DNA of 64,000 bases from Lingula anatina (Eukaryota; Animalia; Brachiopoda), in NCBI GenBank assembly GCA_051362555.1, contig CM120646.1, positions 16,120,001-16,184,000 of the forward strand. The letters run 5' to 3'. This document shows, one piece after another, positions 1-13,500 of the stretch. The stretch's first letter is position 1. Each line of letters starts with the position of its first letter. The notes beneath the pieces are model-generated. The model did not search any database, was not told where the DNA came from, and saw nothing but the letters and a program-made list of their open reading frames with translations. The position numbers and the translations under genes were made by a program.

Positions 1-539
1 TTTCTCCTCTTAATTGCGGTTAAACGTAATCGCCTTTGTTAGCGCTTCCTACTACATATCCTTGACACCGTACTCGGCACCAGTAGGCTAGGGACCTGTC
101 CAGATGTGGAACAAGACTACAGATATGGATATCAGGGATTTTGGAGGAAATTGTTTGTTTGAAAGTTACCGTCTATTGAAGTGAATAACCCATTGAAATG
201 TGGGGTAATTTAACATAAAAGACGATCAAATCAAAAGGAAATAGCTTAAGACAATCCCCTGGTTTCCTTTTGGAGTGCTTTCACCTCGTTTGAATCAGTT
301 AAATAGCTGTCTTGGTCATGGAGAAAATCCAAAACCGATAACGGTATTTTTTCCCCAAAAATGGCGCAACAGCGTCATTCGTTGGACACTGCACTTCATC
401 CCTGTCTTAAATTGGCCTTTGGGAAGTATGTTTTTTTTATAAAAACCTATAAGAATAGGCCATTGTTTCTATGCCTTTGGTCGTTTTACTACTACTACTA
501 CCCTTAAGTTCCTTTCCAAAGTTCGGATGTTCTGCTTTA

Positions 540-720
540 AGTCTGCATTCCCACAGAGTTTTAGATCGATCTATCCCCCTGAAATGTCTGTCCCGCCTAC
601 TAAAAGCTGTAAGGGGGTAATTAACTATAGTGCACGCTCGGCTGACAGCAATTTAGCGTGAACCCCCAGGGACTTAGACGGATCCAGACGGATCGATCTA
701 AATTAGTGGGAATGCAGTCT
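540..720 (+). mobile_element. MITE family 1 copy (GGGGGTAATTA core, GATCGATC subterminal), PIF/Harbinger-like
   Basis: TIR CTGCATTCCCAC/GTGGGAATGCAG; homologous to 11456-11683 (inverted) and 25011-25226. Confidence 0.75.
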
Positions 721-2141
721 AAGGCTTCCCGTAGACCAAAACCAGATTGCCCACACCACAGCTAGCCAATACACCCCATACCATGACTTATGTGGGGTGC
801 GACTTGTCGGCCAGAGGCAGAAAATTTTGAAAGGCACTTCTTTCCAGCTGTTTTTATTTGAACCCTAACGCGTCCATCGTTTTTGATAACACTGAACCTG
901 CTTTAAACTGGGAACAGTACCATTTCCCAGTTGTTGGCCGGTGTCCTTGCCATCTGACTCGACGTAGCGGTTCCTGGCAGTGATCACTGGTCTCCTAACA
1001 GCGTGTCTGTAGACATTTTACTACGTAGAGTTTTCTGGTATTCAGTGTGATTTCATGTGTTAATTTATTTTAACACCTGTTTTAGTACAGTTCACACTAA
1101 AAGTAGACCATGCCAATAGGCCTACATGATTGCATCGCTTTATCGACTGACTTGTCTTCAATGAAAAGTTTTCTGGACTAAAAGTTGTACTCACAATTGT
1201 TCCTAATGTACTTCCTCGTGTTCTGTACAACTTGTTTCAAGATAAAACATTGTTAGTCATTGTGCTCGAATGTGCCAGACACATCAAACACATAGCACTG
1301 GAGGCTGTCTCACCTGTAGCATTAACGATATTGTTAATGTCCACATTTTCCAATGGCATATCCGATCATTTTAATTATTTGCAAACGCAAGAAACTCATG
1401 AGATACGACAGAATCCCTTTGGTAATCCCACGTGTAATCTATTCATGTGTGCACGAAAATTTCACAAATCACGTTATTTCGTAGGATGGACGTGCTTGTG
1501 CCAAAGGTTATGGAGGGGGACAGTAAAACCTGTAATGCCTTTATACGATTTTCCGATATGACTAAAAGCGACAAAAGCATGTTGAAGGTAGGCCTAAACG
1601 GTTTAGTTCCCTGTAATCTCTGAAGCTCAGACCGATGCAATACACCTTTTGTATAATTAGCGTTGAAGTTGCATTGATGTGTCTTGATATTAATTAAATT
1701 CTCGTGAAGAAAATCAAAAGCGAAACGAGGAAGTAAAATGTAGCCTATTTACGTGGATTTCGCCAAAGCAATAGGCCTACTTTTCTTAAAGGAAGCTAGA
1801 TCTGTATAAAAATTGACTATGTCTCCAAGCTAATTGAATTAATTAATGGAACGACAAATACTTCTAATGTACTTTCGAAGCGTAAAACAATCATAGTATA
1901 TTGACGTTTTGAAAATAAAGAAGTCTCTTGGTTGAGTAGCATGGAGAAGGAACCAACATTGTAGGCTACAAATAGTCCAAAAGCCTATTTTATAGAAAAA
2001 AAAATCCCGCGTTATCATGTTATAATTTTCTTACCCATAGTTTTTCCTGAAAAAGCTTTTTTTTCCAATGGAAGAGCTATAACGATACAACATTTAGGTT
2101 ATAAGTATGTTATGTAATTCATAAGTCAGAAATTTTGGTAA

Positions 2142-2364
2142 TACCCACTTTACACTGGACGGCGTCCTTTCTGCGACCTCTCTGCGACCATGAAATTTGG
2201 CATCGCTGTGGTCTTAATAAGGAGGCACGAGCATTGATTATGTATCAGAATGAATGCTCAATGATCGCCCAGTTGTCGGCACGTAAAGTATTATAATTTT
2301 TTAACTCTCAAATGGGGCCGTACTGCTGGACGCAGAAAGGACGCCATCCAGTGTAAAGGGGGCT
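2142..2364. mobile_element. PIF/Harbinger-like MITE upstream of gene A
   Basis: ~28-bp TIR CTTTACACTGGA(C/T)GGCGTCCTTTCTGCG, flanked by TAA on both sides. Confidence 0.8.
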
Positions 2365-2861
2365 TAAACAAACAATCCTCCATTCCCCCCCCCCCCCTCC
2401 TCTGGACGCCTTGAACTTTTCACCCCACTTTTGCAACATTGTCTAAACTTGTCGTCTGCACGAGCTACCTCGGGCAGGTCTAATGAACTACAAATGGTGA
2501 GCAGCTTTCAAGAAAGTTTTCTCAAAATGCTCTGAAACTTTCCACCTTTCATATAAGAGTTTTAATGCATTATGGTAGCCCAAGAAGTAATGAAATACAT
2601 TTGACATTTTGAAGAACTGTATCTTAGTATCGGAAAGGGTTACAATCGAATCCATCCAATCACCCCTTTTGGAGAAGTCTCTTCGCCCAAGAAACCCACG
2701 TGATAGATCTGGAAGCCCAACATGGCCGAGTGATTTAGGGGTTGTATTTTGAGCAACTTTACCGCGAAGGTGTCTGTGTGATTTCTGAAACGACCGCTGT
2801 GACTTCGAACGCCCAGACGAAATCCAGTGTACTGTTGTTCGAGAGGATTTGTAGAAAGAGA

Positions 2862-2937
2862 ATGGGGAAAGGACTTCTTTGGCGTTTTACAGTTGGAAGC
2901 ATGGTGCTGCTGGGGAGCATTTTGTCGACTTTGGCAG
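2862..2937 (+). CDS. Gene A exon 1, signal peptide MGKGLLWRFTVGSMVLLGSILSTLA
   Basis: ATG in a CpG-rich region, hydrophobic leader, strong donor CAG|GTAAGT. Phase 1 matches the exon at 27775; linkage across 24.8 kb is inferred. Confidence 0.75.
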
Positions 2938-4508
2938 GTAAGTCAGCGTGCACTGTGAGTGTTTCTTTGATTGTTTTGTGGCTTGACATTTGCTCCCGCT
3001 CCCAGTCACTTTTTAAATGAGGCGTGACGGTGTTGTTGCCTCATATTTCACTCAAGCCTTAAAAACGTTCTTTTTACTGAAACAGCCACAAATCTTTCGA
3101 GGTACTCGGATGTCAATCTCCCTGTTCTTCAAACACATGGTCAACGCATTTTAGACAGCAGCAAATTGGAAGTCAGTAGATTTAAATTAAGGAAAATTTG
3201 ATGTCATTTAGATTGAAATTACACGCGTACATTTTGTCCTTATTTGGCTGCTTCAAGCAGTGCGTTATTTGTGAACATAAAACTGATTCTGATTTGGCTT
3301 TTAAAGAGAGGTTATTATCCTGAACAAAGTTCGATGGAGTAAATAAATTTTTAAAGACCTGGCAGTGTCATGCTGTTCATCTCAAGGATGTTACCTAGGC
3401 CTGAATGAAAGTTGAATGAAAGTTGGGTATCATTTTTACAATGGAATGCCCAATATGTCTGAAGTGTAATATTTGGGGGCGTCTCGATAGTCCGAAGAAG
3501 GTTCATTGGTCCGAAAAATGGTAACATTTTTATCAGTTTTTTAATCAAGGATTCATTGGTCCGAAGATTCTATAGTGAACTTTCGGACTATTGCTACACC
3601 CCTGAATATCCTGAATCTCTCGTCCATTCAGCACGTATTATATCAGCCTGGCTTTACTCACTGATTTATACAATTGTGGAGTATGCACTTGGTAATGATT
3701 ACACTTTCAGTTATTTCAGCTGATGACCTTAAGTGTTGAAAACAGACATGTGGAGTCAGTTTTGATAATGATTGCCTTCTCATTGATCAAAATGAAATTG
3801 GCCCAGGAAGTCCTACATGTTTTAAGCGGGAGATGTAGGCTGATTGTCACTGATGGTGTCTTTGAAATATACTCATATATATATATTAAAAGAGTGGCGT
3901 TATGTCCCACACGGGACGAAGAGGAATGATGATGATGATGATATATTAAAAGAAAATAAAAACAAACCCATATTTTTTTCAATCGCTAACTATTCTAGTG
4001 GTTATTCCACACAATTTTCTCCCATTGCCCCTTTTATATTCAAACCAAGTTGAATTATATGGTAGTTAGGATGGGACTTTGTTGCGGCTCTTTTTTCCCC
4101 ATATTTGTGGAATATGAAGAAGTGAAGAAAATTGCTTTGTAAATTGATTGTTAAAAAAACTGCAGACATGGCTGTACATTTAAGGAAACAAAAAGCAGAA
4201 AATTGAAACGTGATTCATCAAGTCAAGTTCACAGAATTAATATTTACATGCTTTCATTTTCAATAGAGCTAGATCTGAAAAGAATAAAGTGTTAGATAAC
4301 CTTCATTTCATTGTGGGAGTTTGCTAGCAATAACTTTTGAAGGACAGGGGATGATTGAAAACACCTGTGCACATGCTTGCTACTGAAGAGGCTGCCTGAG
4401 GAATCAAGTGCCAGAACCTTTGTACTTTATTAGAAGGTACTTGTGAAAATATCACAAGAATAGAAGCTTCTTTAGGATGGTACATTCTTTCCTTTGATGC
4501 ACCAATCT

Positions 4509-4542
<34 letters not shown>

Positions 4543-7500
4543 TTAAAAATGATCTTATGCTTTATATGATGATAAGTCTGCACATGTCTGTACATATTAC
4601 CGTCCTGTGTCTGTTGTTGCTGTTGCCGAGCACTTTCAGTATTATATAAATTGTAAACCGTTCTAACTTCTACCATTTGTCTTCAAGCTTATAGAACTGA
4701 TGAATGTTAATAAAATACAGGTCGAGTTTGAAAATCAGTCTGATTGGACCATTTTCGAAAGTTATGCTGTTTTTTTTTCTTTTTCAGCATATTATATCCA
4801 CCATTATATAAATAAAGTGAAAACTGTTTTAACTTTTGACTTTTAACTTACAGCAACGATGAATATTCATAAAATGTAGGTCTTTAAAATTGGTTATTAT
4901 GTAATAACTGTTGAAAATGAAAATAGCACATTTTAGTACTTTTGTTACTTATTATTTTGTAACTCACAAGAATGACTGACATACAGCTCAAATTGGCAAA
5001 CTACTTGATTGGATTATTTTTCTCTCTTGTTCTCTGTACATTTGATTGCTTTGCTGCTTTATTTTTAAACCTTATGCTAAATGCTTCTCATTGAAAGGTC
5101 ACCAAGACAAAGACATGTCTTAATTTCTGGAATTGAGTCTTAATCTTATGTATCTGAATTTGGGCTTGAGGTATTTTATAACTGAGGAAATCACATTATT
5201 GGAACTTGAAGGGTGTTTAAAAATGAACAGATATGCAACTCAGCTTTGATGACAGTAATAACTGGAAATATTTTGAGGTTGTCTGGGTGATAAAGTTAAT
5301 GTTTTTAAACAATTGTAGCCAGTGTTTGTATACAGTATCATTCTTTGACTGAAAACATAACATCTGTGTAGTGTAAGTTTGTGGGGAAAGAGAACATGTT
5401 CAGAAGTGTTTCCTGAAGGTGTTGAGCAGTAAAAAGTTAATATAGGGAAAAGAAGAGAGAAAGGTGTTAATTATGAGATGTGTGGCAGGAATTGATATTT
5501 AGGTCTAACTCTTTGATAGAAATTGGTAACAGCTTAATCTGCACCCCTGGTCCACAGCATGTGATGAAGCAATCAACTTTTCAATTGTAGCCAGTTAAGG
5601 CTACCACAGTTACCAAGTATGATAGTACTGTACTCAAATAACAAACAACAGTAGTTTCAATTAGCAATGGGAGAGGAACTTTGTAATGGCAATATCCTTT
5701 GGCTACAAACATCACTTGCAGAACCAGAAATAACTGTTCTTTGAGGAATGAATATCTTGTGATGCTGTACTGTTTCTTGTTGACACAAAAAAAAATTTTG
5801 GGGATTTGAAAATTAAGAAGACCTTTTATCCCTTAAATGAGTCATTGTGAGGATGTTGTGAATAGCTAAGTCAAATCATAGAGCAGCCAACAAGATTTGC
5901 TAAGCAGACATAATCCACTTTTCCTGTGGCTAGACTATGGCCATGCTGAGGGATGTGTTTTTCTTTCTATTTTTGTTGTTTCAGTAGGAGACACATGATA
6001 TGTCTGCTGACAGTTGGTGAGATGCAGCTTTGTACTTGATGTAAATGATAAACAAAACTTTTCAAAAGGGCAGTAGGGAAGATGCATGTTATTTTCTTTT
6101 GTCAAGTAGGTATGAAGCATAGTGACATGCAGAAACCTCTTCTTTGGTGAAAAAAGAATGTTTTGACTTGCTGAATTTACACAGATTATTATGGTGCACA
6201 GTAATAAATCATGTTATTTATGAATAAATCCTGATATTACCATACTGATTATCGTTCTGTGCCTCTGCAGAATTGGGGTAATAACTGGTGTTGAGAAAAA
6301 AATGCACTTACTTGATGATGTATAGCAGTGTACTGTCTGGCTAAGGATTGCTGCATCCTGAATATCAGTTGTTCATTATATAAGAATGTGCCTCATTCCC
6401 AATTATCCCCAGACTTAATTGCAGTTACACCTAAATCTGGATCCCCTCCCCCTCCTCATGGAGGCAGGTTCAATGCCAGGTGCTAAAAAAAATGCTTTCA
6501 ACAGACCATGTAGAGGGAAAAACCCCTCTTAATCTAAGTACAGGGTAAAGAAACCAACCTTTTTCTTTATCTCAGTATTACAACTTTTGTAAACCTGATG
6601 CTGGCATAGACCAATGAAGTGTTATCATTGTTACAATGCAGAGGCTGAAGTTGAGCTTTGAAAGAGGAACATTCTTCAGCCAAGAAGAGATGAGGTCTCA
6701 GAAGTGATCATGTTGATTCATCCAATGGAAAATGCTCCCATTCTTGTTTCCTGATGAATGACTTTCATATTTTGAGGATATTTGTTATACAACAGATCGA
6801 ATTAATCCATAGTAATTAGATAAGGTTTCTATTCTTGAGAAAGCTGCCCTGCTTTAGGCAAAGTGTATTGACCAAAAGTGGGTATAAAATTAAAGACCGA
6901 GTGCAGTTTGACAACTTGGATGTATTTTGTGGTAAAATCTGCTCAAGACAGCATGGAAACCTTAAACTGTGCAATCAATTCTTATCTTATTGTTATACTT
7001 TAAGTCAACAGAAACTGATGATCAATTTTGCTCAAGTCTCTTTACTACTAATTTTTGTTCAAGATCATTGTCTGAAATTAATTTTTTTATGAAAACAGTA
7101 ATAAGGTGAAAAGTTTTGATTAAAAAAGAAGGGGAAAAAACTAATTTCTCTCTACCAAAAACTTAATCCCTAACTTTGATTTTGCAAAAACTTAGCTATT
7201 TTGCTGAGAGATCTGTTTTCTCGGTCCAGAGTCAGTGCATTCTGTACTCTCTCCAGGGAATGCATAGTCCCTTGGCTCCCTTGCCTGCTATCTGAATCTC
7301 TCGCTGTATGTTTTCCAGCCAGACAGGTGTAAGCAGATTTTAGATTTTAAGATATTTGTGATACATCTCTGCACATCTTGATTCCTGCTTAGTAATTGGC
7401 TTTGCACACTGGCTGTCTTTCTTACCTATGGGGTGTGTACTGTCATGGTTTGGGGGATCTTTTCTATTTAACGAAGAAAGTTTGGAAAGTTGCCTGATTT

Positions 7501-10500
7501 TTATCTGGGGAGTAGTTCTCTGGGTATTATTGGAAATCAGTTCTTAAGTATATATGTTGAACCAAAAGTGAGTAGTGTTTTTAGGATGAGTCTACTATTT
7601 GTAGTAACATTGGTATGGTGAGGACAGGAGGAGGGGGGGGGTCCACAATATATGTATGTATGTACATTATCATGTTTTTTACCTGGATGTTGCCCCTCAC
7701 CCATTCTTTATTTCTCTGATCCGAAGTGGATGTTATGTGGGCTTCATTTCAGGGGAAAGGTGGGGAAAGTTTGCAGCAGACTGTTCTTCAAACCAATGTA
7801 AATGTTAGCCCACTATTTAGATGTGTGGCACTGTAGGAATGTTAGGTTATTTACTGCAGAATAAGTGAAGTGGAAATAATTTATAACGTTTATGCATCTT
7901 CCAAGAAAGACAAGTGAGGTAGTGAATTTGTATGTTTTGAAGCAAAAGTGCCTCCCTTGTGGCACATTGAAAGAAGTATTATAGGCAACTGTCATGGTCG
8001 ACAGAGCTTTTTTCGACTAGTTCGGTAACAGTTTTGATTTAGCAAATTTTACTGGTACAGAGAATGTGAGTCATGACAGTGATAAGTCAACCAACTAATT
8101 TTCCAAATATATACACCGTGTGTGTGTATGTGAATATGTATATGTATTTTTTTTTTTTCATTTGGAAAATGTTTTAGTATGTAGAGATGTAAGGGGAACC
8201 TTGGGTTAAATACTGCTTCTTTCCATTCTTCTGGAAGATTGGTTTTTTAAGTGGTTTATGCTTGGGAGGTTTGTGCTGACGCATTTTGCCTTGAGAATCA
8301 TATGGGTTGTTTAAGTTAGTTGATTTGACTAACTGAAGTTGGCTGTACAGATTTCCTCGTCATTAACTCCAAATTAGACAGGGGTTGGGTCGCTCCCATA
8401 CCTTTACCCTAGCTTTCCATTGCTAGAAAAATGAGTTCAGATTCATTTCAGAGTATGTGGGAGGGGGGGGGGGGGGGCGTGAAACATACTTCGGGTTGAA
8501 TTTTCTTTCCCCTCTTAGAAAAAAGTAAGACAACAGAGGGATCACATTGGCTGCACTGTTCAATAATAATTGTCATGTAGAATGTTATCTCTGTTTTTCC
8601 CTGTTTTACAACTAATTTCAGTGTGCCTTGTTTCTTATGTAACCTTTTCCTTTGTGCTCAAAATATTTTTAATTGCTTACCAACATCAGTTCACCATCTT
8701 GATAGCAGAACCAGCTGTTGAAAAGCTTATAATCTCTCTCTAAATTAGAAAAAAAAAAAATGAACAGTTAAAAAAAAATTATGAAGGTGAGTCAGATATT
8801 TAAAAGATGTGACATATGGGCCCCGACAAGATATAATTGTAATCGTGAAAAAAACGGCAAAAAACCTGCTTATGTTGTGGGTAATTACCCTAGATGTGGA
8901 AGTGACACCCAAAGGCAATGTGTAAGTGGGGCAGGTGTAGAACCCCTTTACTGCTTAAACACTACTAGATTCTTTTTAACAAACATTAAGGGGAATTACT
9001 TTGATCTCCGGGTTATTGGGGATGTTAAAAAGATTATGAGGTAATAAATCACATTTTAAAAAGTGAAGTTGGATGGATTTGACTTCAGTTTGGGTAGATT
9101 TCGAATTGTAGTTTGATTCAACTACTTCAGAAAAGAAGTAGCAGAATGAGTGTGCACCTCGTAGAGACACTTGTCTATGAATGGGTGTTTGATATGATTT
9201 TATGGTGAACCACAACTTTCTCATGACTTATGCACAACAAAAAAACTTGCCGTTAGCCTCTGAAAATAATTCATGGTAAGGTTTTTGTAGATGGATATTA
9301 GGGCACGCACAGTTGAAAAACAAATGTGCCCAAGAAAGGGATTGATGTTATCTCATAATTCTTTTGAGATGTGATTTATTTGTAGTTGGTTGATGTCCCA
9401 GTTTTAGGAGTTTCTCATGAGGGAGATGCCAGATAGAAAGAAGGTGAAAATTTTTAACAATAAAAAAAGGAAGTCCATATTAACTCACATCATTGGGCCT
9501 TTAAAAAAAAGATACTATTTTCTATTGATAATTTAGGCTGACTGTTAACTGCGTTTACTCCTTTGAACTTCACGGAACGTCAGCTGAAGGAAGAAAGGGT
9601 TAAGGAAATGGCAGTTTTATCTTGCAAACATCTCTGCATCTCAGGACTAGAATCCTCCCGATAAAGCTTCTCTCGGGTCCAGAAACTTTGGCCAAAAATT
9701 CTGCTTATTTGCTGTGGAATATTTGCCTTGACTGCCTGGTGTTGCCTCCACCTGCTTGGCTCTGTTATGATATTTATAGGCTGTTCTAGTCTCAGTGTGT
9801 GCTACAGTGTATGTGTATTTTTGGGAAGCAAAAAGGAAAAAAAAAGAAGCTGACTGTTTGTGAAACAAGATAAAATCTTGATTTATAAATGTACTTGGTT
9901 GTGAATCTTGGGAGATATTGATGTTGTCTAGATTATTCTTGTCTGGTATGTTTGATCTTGGTATGCCAACTTATTAGTGAGTGTGCTGGGGGGGGGGGGG
10001 GGCAGAAAATTTCAAGACTTGAAACATTAACAATTACCTTACATAGTTTTTAATCTGAATCCTTGGATATATTCTGAAAATTTCTTAACTTTTTTTTTAT
10101 AAAAACAGGAAAAATAGCAAAGGGAAGGAACCACATCTACTTAATTGAATATTTGGAAATCCGCAATGGCACAGTCAGGATGCAAAACTGTCCATCATCT
10201 AAACGAACTAGCTTAGATATTGAAAAAAAAAAAGTACTATTTTTTTTTTTGGGGGGGGGGGGGACTGTGCAAATGTGGTTCGATGGCAAACACTGATTTC
10301 AGAATAATTGCTGTTTTGGTAGTAAACGTAGAATTAATTACATTTCTTTCTATTGTTAACAGTGTATTTATTTATTATGTGTATATATTTATTATGAAAC
10401 GTTGAAACTTTAACATGCTAAAAAACTCCAGAGGTTCGGTTGAATGCCTTCACCTCCTCCCTGTGCCCCCCCCCCCCCCCGGTTAATAAGGTCACATTGC

Positions 10501-13500
10501 ACAATGCCCAAACCCAAGTGTAATGGTGAAAAACTGTCAGTAAATCAATAGAGGAAAAAGGAGGGAAAACTCTTGGCTTAAAGTCCATTTTTATGAGTCA
10601 TGCTAGTACATCATGTGTATTATTGTGTTGGATATGGCCAAAAGTGAAAGTTCAGATAAATTTATTATGATAAATCCTTGGAGGTCTGTCTGAAATATGC
10701 TGTCAGGTCATATTAGAAAGGTTGCTGATTTATAAGGTACTCCTAGGGGAAGTAGAGTTGGCCACTACTTTATCTGTAAAGCCATTTTTAAACCAGATGC
10801 AGACTTCCTTCAGGTTGAAGTTAGTTTCATCTGAAAGAGAGGAAGGGGAGACTTGCTACTTATCTTATGTTTCATATAATAGCTTTTGATTGAGGTTTTA
10901 CTCATCTCTATAATTTGTCAATCATTAGCTTCGCTGTGTTCGTGATAAAAGCAGTGTCTGTTCTTTTATTCAAAACAATATGATATCTTGAAAATTTGTT
11001 GCAATAATCACCAATTTGTGAGTGATATTGAATTTACTGCTTCAATTGTACAAATTGCTATCATATTCATAAAAGAAATTTCAGAATTAAAGAAGAAATG
11101 ATTAAGTAAAAAGTTTGAACGAAATGCTTTTAGCAAGGGTTTCTAGGTGAAAGTTGATACTGAGCTTAGGAGGGAGAAGAAATTTAAATGCATATACAGT
11201 GATATGATTTGCCTTAGTAGGGGATAAAAATTCACAGAAGTCTTCCACAGCAGTGTGTTTTAAAGCCAAACTCTGTATGTGGTTGGTTCTAAATCAAACT
11301 TTCCCTCACCTCCACCAGCCATAAAACTATCAGCATAGGATCTGATCTACTGTGATTTGGCCACTCTGTGTGTGAGGAGGTTAAAGGGGGAGTGCACTGC
11401 ATGGGCAGCTTTTATTATTACTGTCTTATACTGGTTTGGAAGGCTCTGAGTCTATGGGTGCTTTCCCAGAGATTTAGATCGATCTAAAGATTAAGTTTTA
11501 GATTCGACCTAACTCCCTGGGGGTTCAGGCTAAATTGCAGTCAGCCGAGCAGACACCATAGTTAATTACCCCCTTACAGCTTTTAGTAGGCGAGACAGAC
11601 GCTTAAGCCGGCCAAGCTGACAGTAATCTAGTGAGACTCCCCACAGGGATAGATAGATCTAAAAATCTATGGAAATGGGGTGTATGAAGCTTTATTACAG
11701 TGGAGAAATTTGGGATCATAATTTGTTGTTCATTTGTATTTCTATGAGAAATATTTGAGGACTGATTATGCCCGTGGGATAAAGTAATGTGTATAGGGAT
11801 TGGAGCTAGAGAGCATTTAGATAAACCCACCATACCAGCTGGATCAGTCCAACTCTGTGGGGATTCTCATTTAAGTGTAGTCAGACACGCCTCCTCTATC
11901 AGCAAGGGGGTAATTAACTACCGTGAGCACTTGGCTCTCAGAAGCTCTTTCACTTGAGTTAAGCCCGCCGCACACGGAACATTTTTTCGCGGGCTGAAAA
12001 AAGTCGGCCGATCGGTCGTCCTGGATGAGATCAGTGCACACACATGACAAGCTGTCGCAACAAAGCACCGACTGGTGTGATGAAAGTGACGTAGCTATTA
12101 TCTCGTCCGCAAGGTGGGGCGTTGTTTCAAAATGGCTGCAATTTGTAATGATAAGAGTTAAAATTAAATGTAAGAGTATAACAAGATTACTTTAATTAAT
12201 TTAATTGAAAAATGAGCAAATTGAAATGCCCAAATTTTCTCAATCAACTCAATACTCATAGACCATAAAAATACAGCCTATAGGATGACAACAGTTTGTC
12301 AGTTTAGACAGATTTAGTCGCCTTGATGCAGTGTTACGTTGTTAAATGGTTTATGAGGCTGAAAATTAAAAAAAAAAAAAAAACTAATACTAATAGAAAA
12401 TTACTGGAGGCATCCATATTGAATTCTGACGTGGGCATGTGATATCAGATGGCGCAACCATTGGCTGAAGATAATGATCAGCGTGACAAATTGTCGTAGG
12501 AAAGCGCACACACTACGGTGCGACGTTTAAAAATCAAACATGTTTGATTCTCTCCCGACTAGTTGAAAAGTTTTTGTGGAGCAGTGCAGACAGGCCGATA
12601 TTTTGTCGTAAGTGTGTTGGCTGACGAAAAATGGTTGTGTGCGGCGGGCTGTGTGTCGGACAATTAAGGTGATTCCTCTGCACTTTGGTGAGAATCATTT
12701 TTAGAATTCCATACAGAATTTTTATTATGATAACTGTCTTAATTTTTTGAAGAATGGAAGTTGCAAAAAACATGATAAAGCTAAGAGAAACTGTTTTTCT
12801 CCCCAAAAAACTCTAAAGTCTGTGTGTGATAAGTAATATTAGTCAGACTGAAGGAATGCTGTCTCCTATCTTTGAGGAACTGACTCAATAACTTAATGGT
12901 AAGGCCAGTTGATTAAATCTTGATGTCGTCTTCCCTACAGTATTTAGGAGAGACCTTAATGAGTCATAAGCTTATGTTTAATCGAAACTTTTGGAAAGAT
13001 TTTGTTTTTCTCTCTACCAGATGGAATTTATAGTCAAACATAAAGTGAAAAAGGAGGGGGGGGGGGGGCATAAATTTGAAATATGGTTACATTACAGTCT
13101 GTCACGAACACTTCTGGGAATTTCAGATGTGATTCAGTTGTATATCTGGCTTTTGCAAACCCCTAAGCTAACACTGTTACAGTAAAGGTGTTTTAGAAAT
13201 ATGACCTTGAACTTTTACATGCAGTTCCAGACGTACCTGTGTTACACCTGCTGTGATGTAATGATAGGCTAACGTGCAGTCATGACTATAAAAGATTATG
13301 AACATCTTACTTATATATAATTTATGAAAATTTTCTTATCCAAATTTTCTCCTTATGCTTCTGCATTATTAGTCTTTGATGTCAACGTAAAATAATGAGA
13401 TTGCCAATAGATGACTATAAGCTAGCTACAGGTTATTGTATGTGTAAATTTGTTGGTATTTTCTCATCGTACAACTAAAGTATTGGTCTGAGGAATATAA

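Noticed and set aside
760-1640. Possible minus-strand gene, with donor-like sites at ~1194 and ~1313, and ORFs 1232-1561 and 1443-1640
   Set aside because: All frames hit stops and no recognisable protein emerges; at most a non-coding exon.
7631-13068. Repeated poly-G/poly-C tracts as G-quadruplex regulators
   Set aside because: Simple homopolymer runs scattered through the whole window with no positional pattern.
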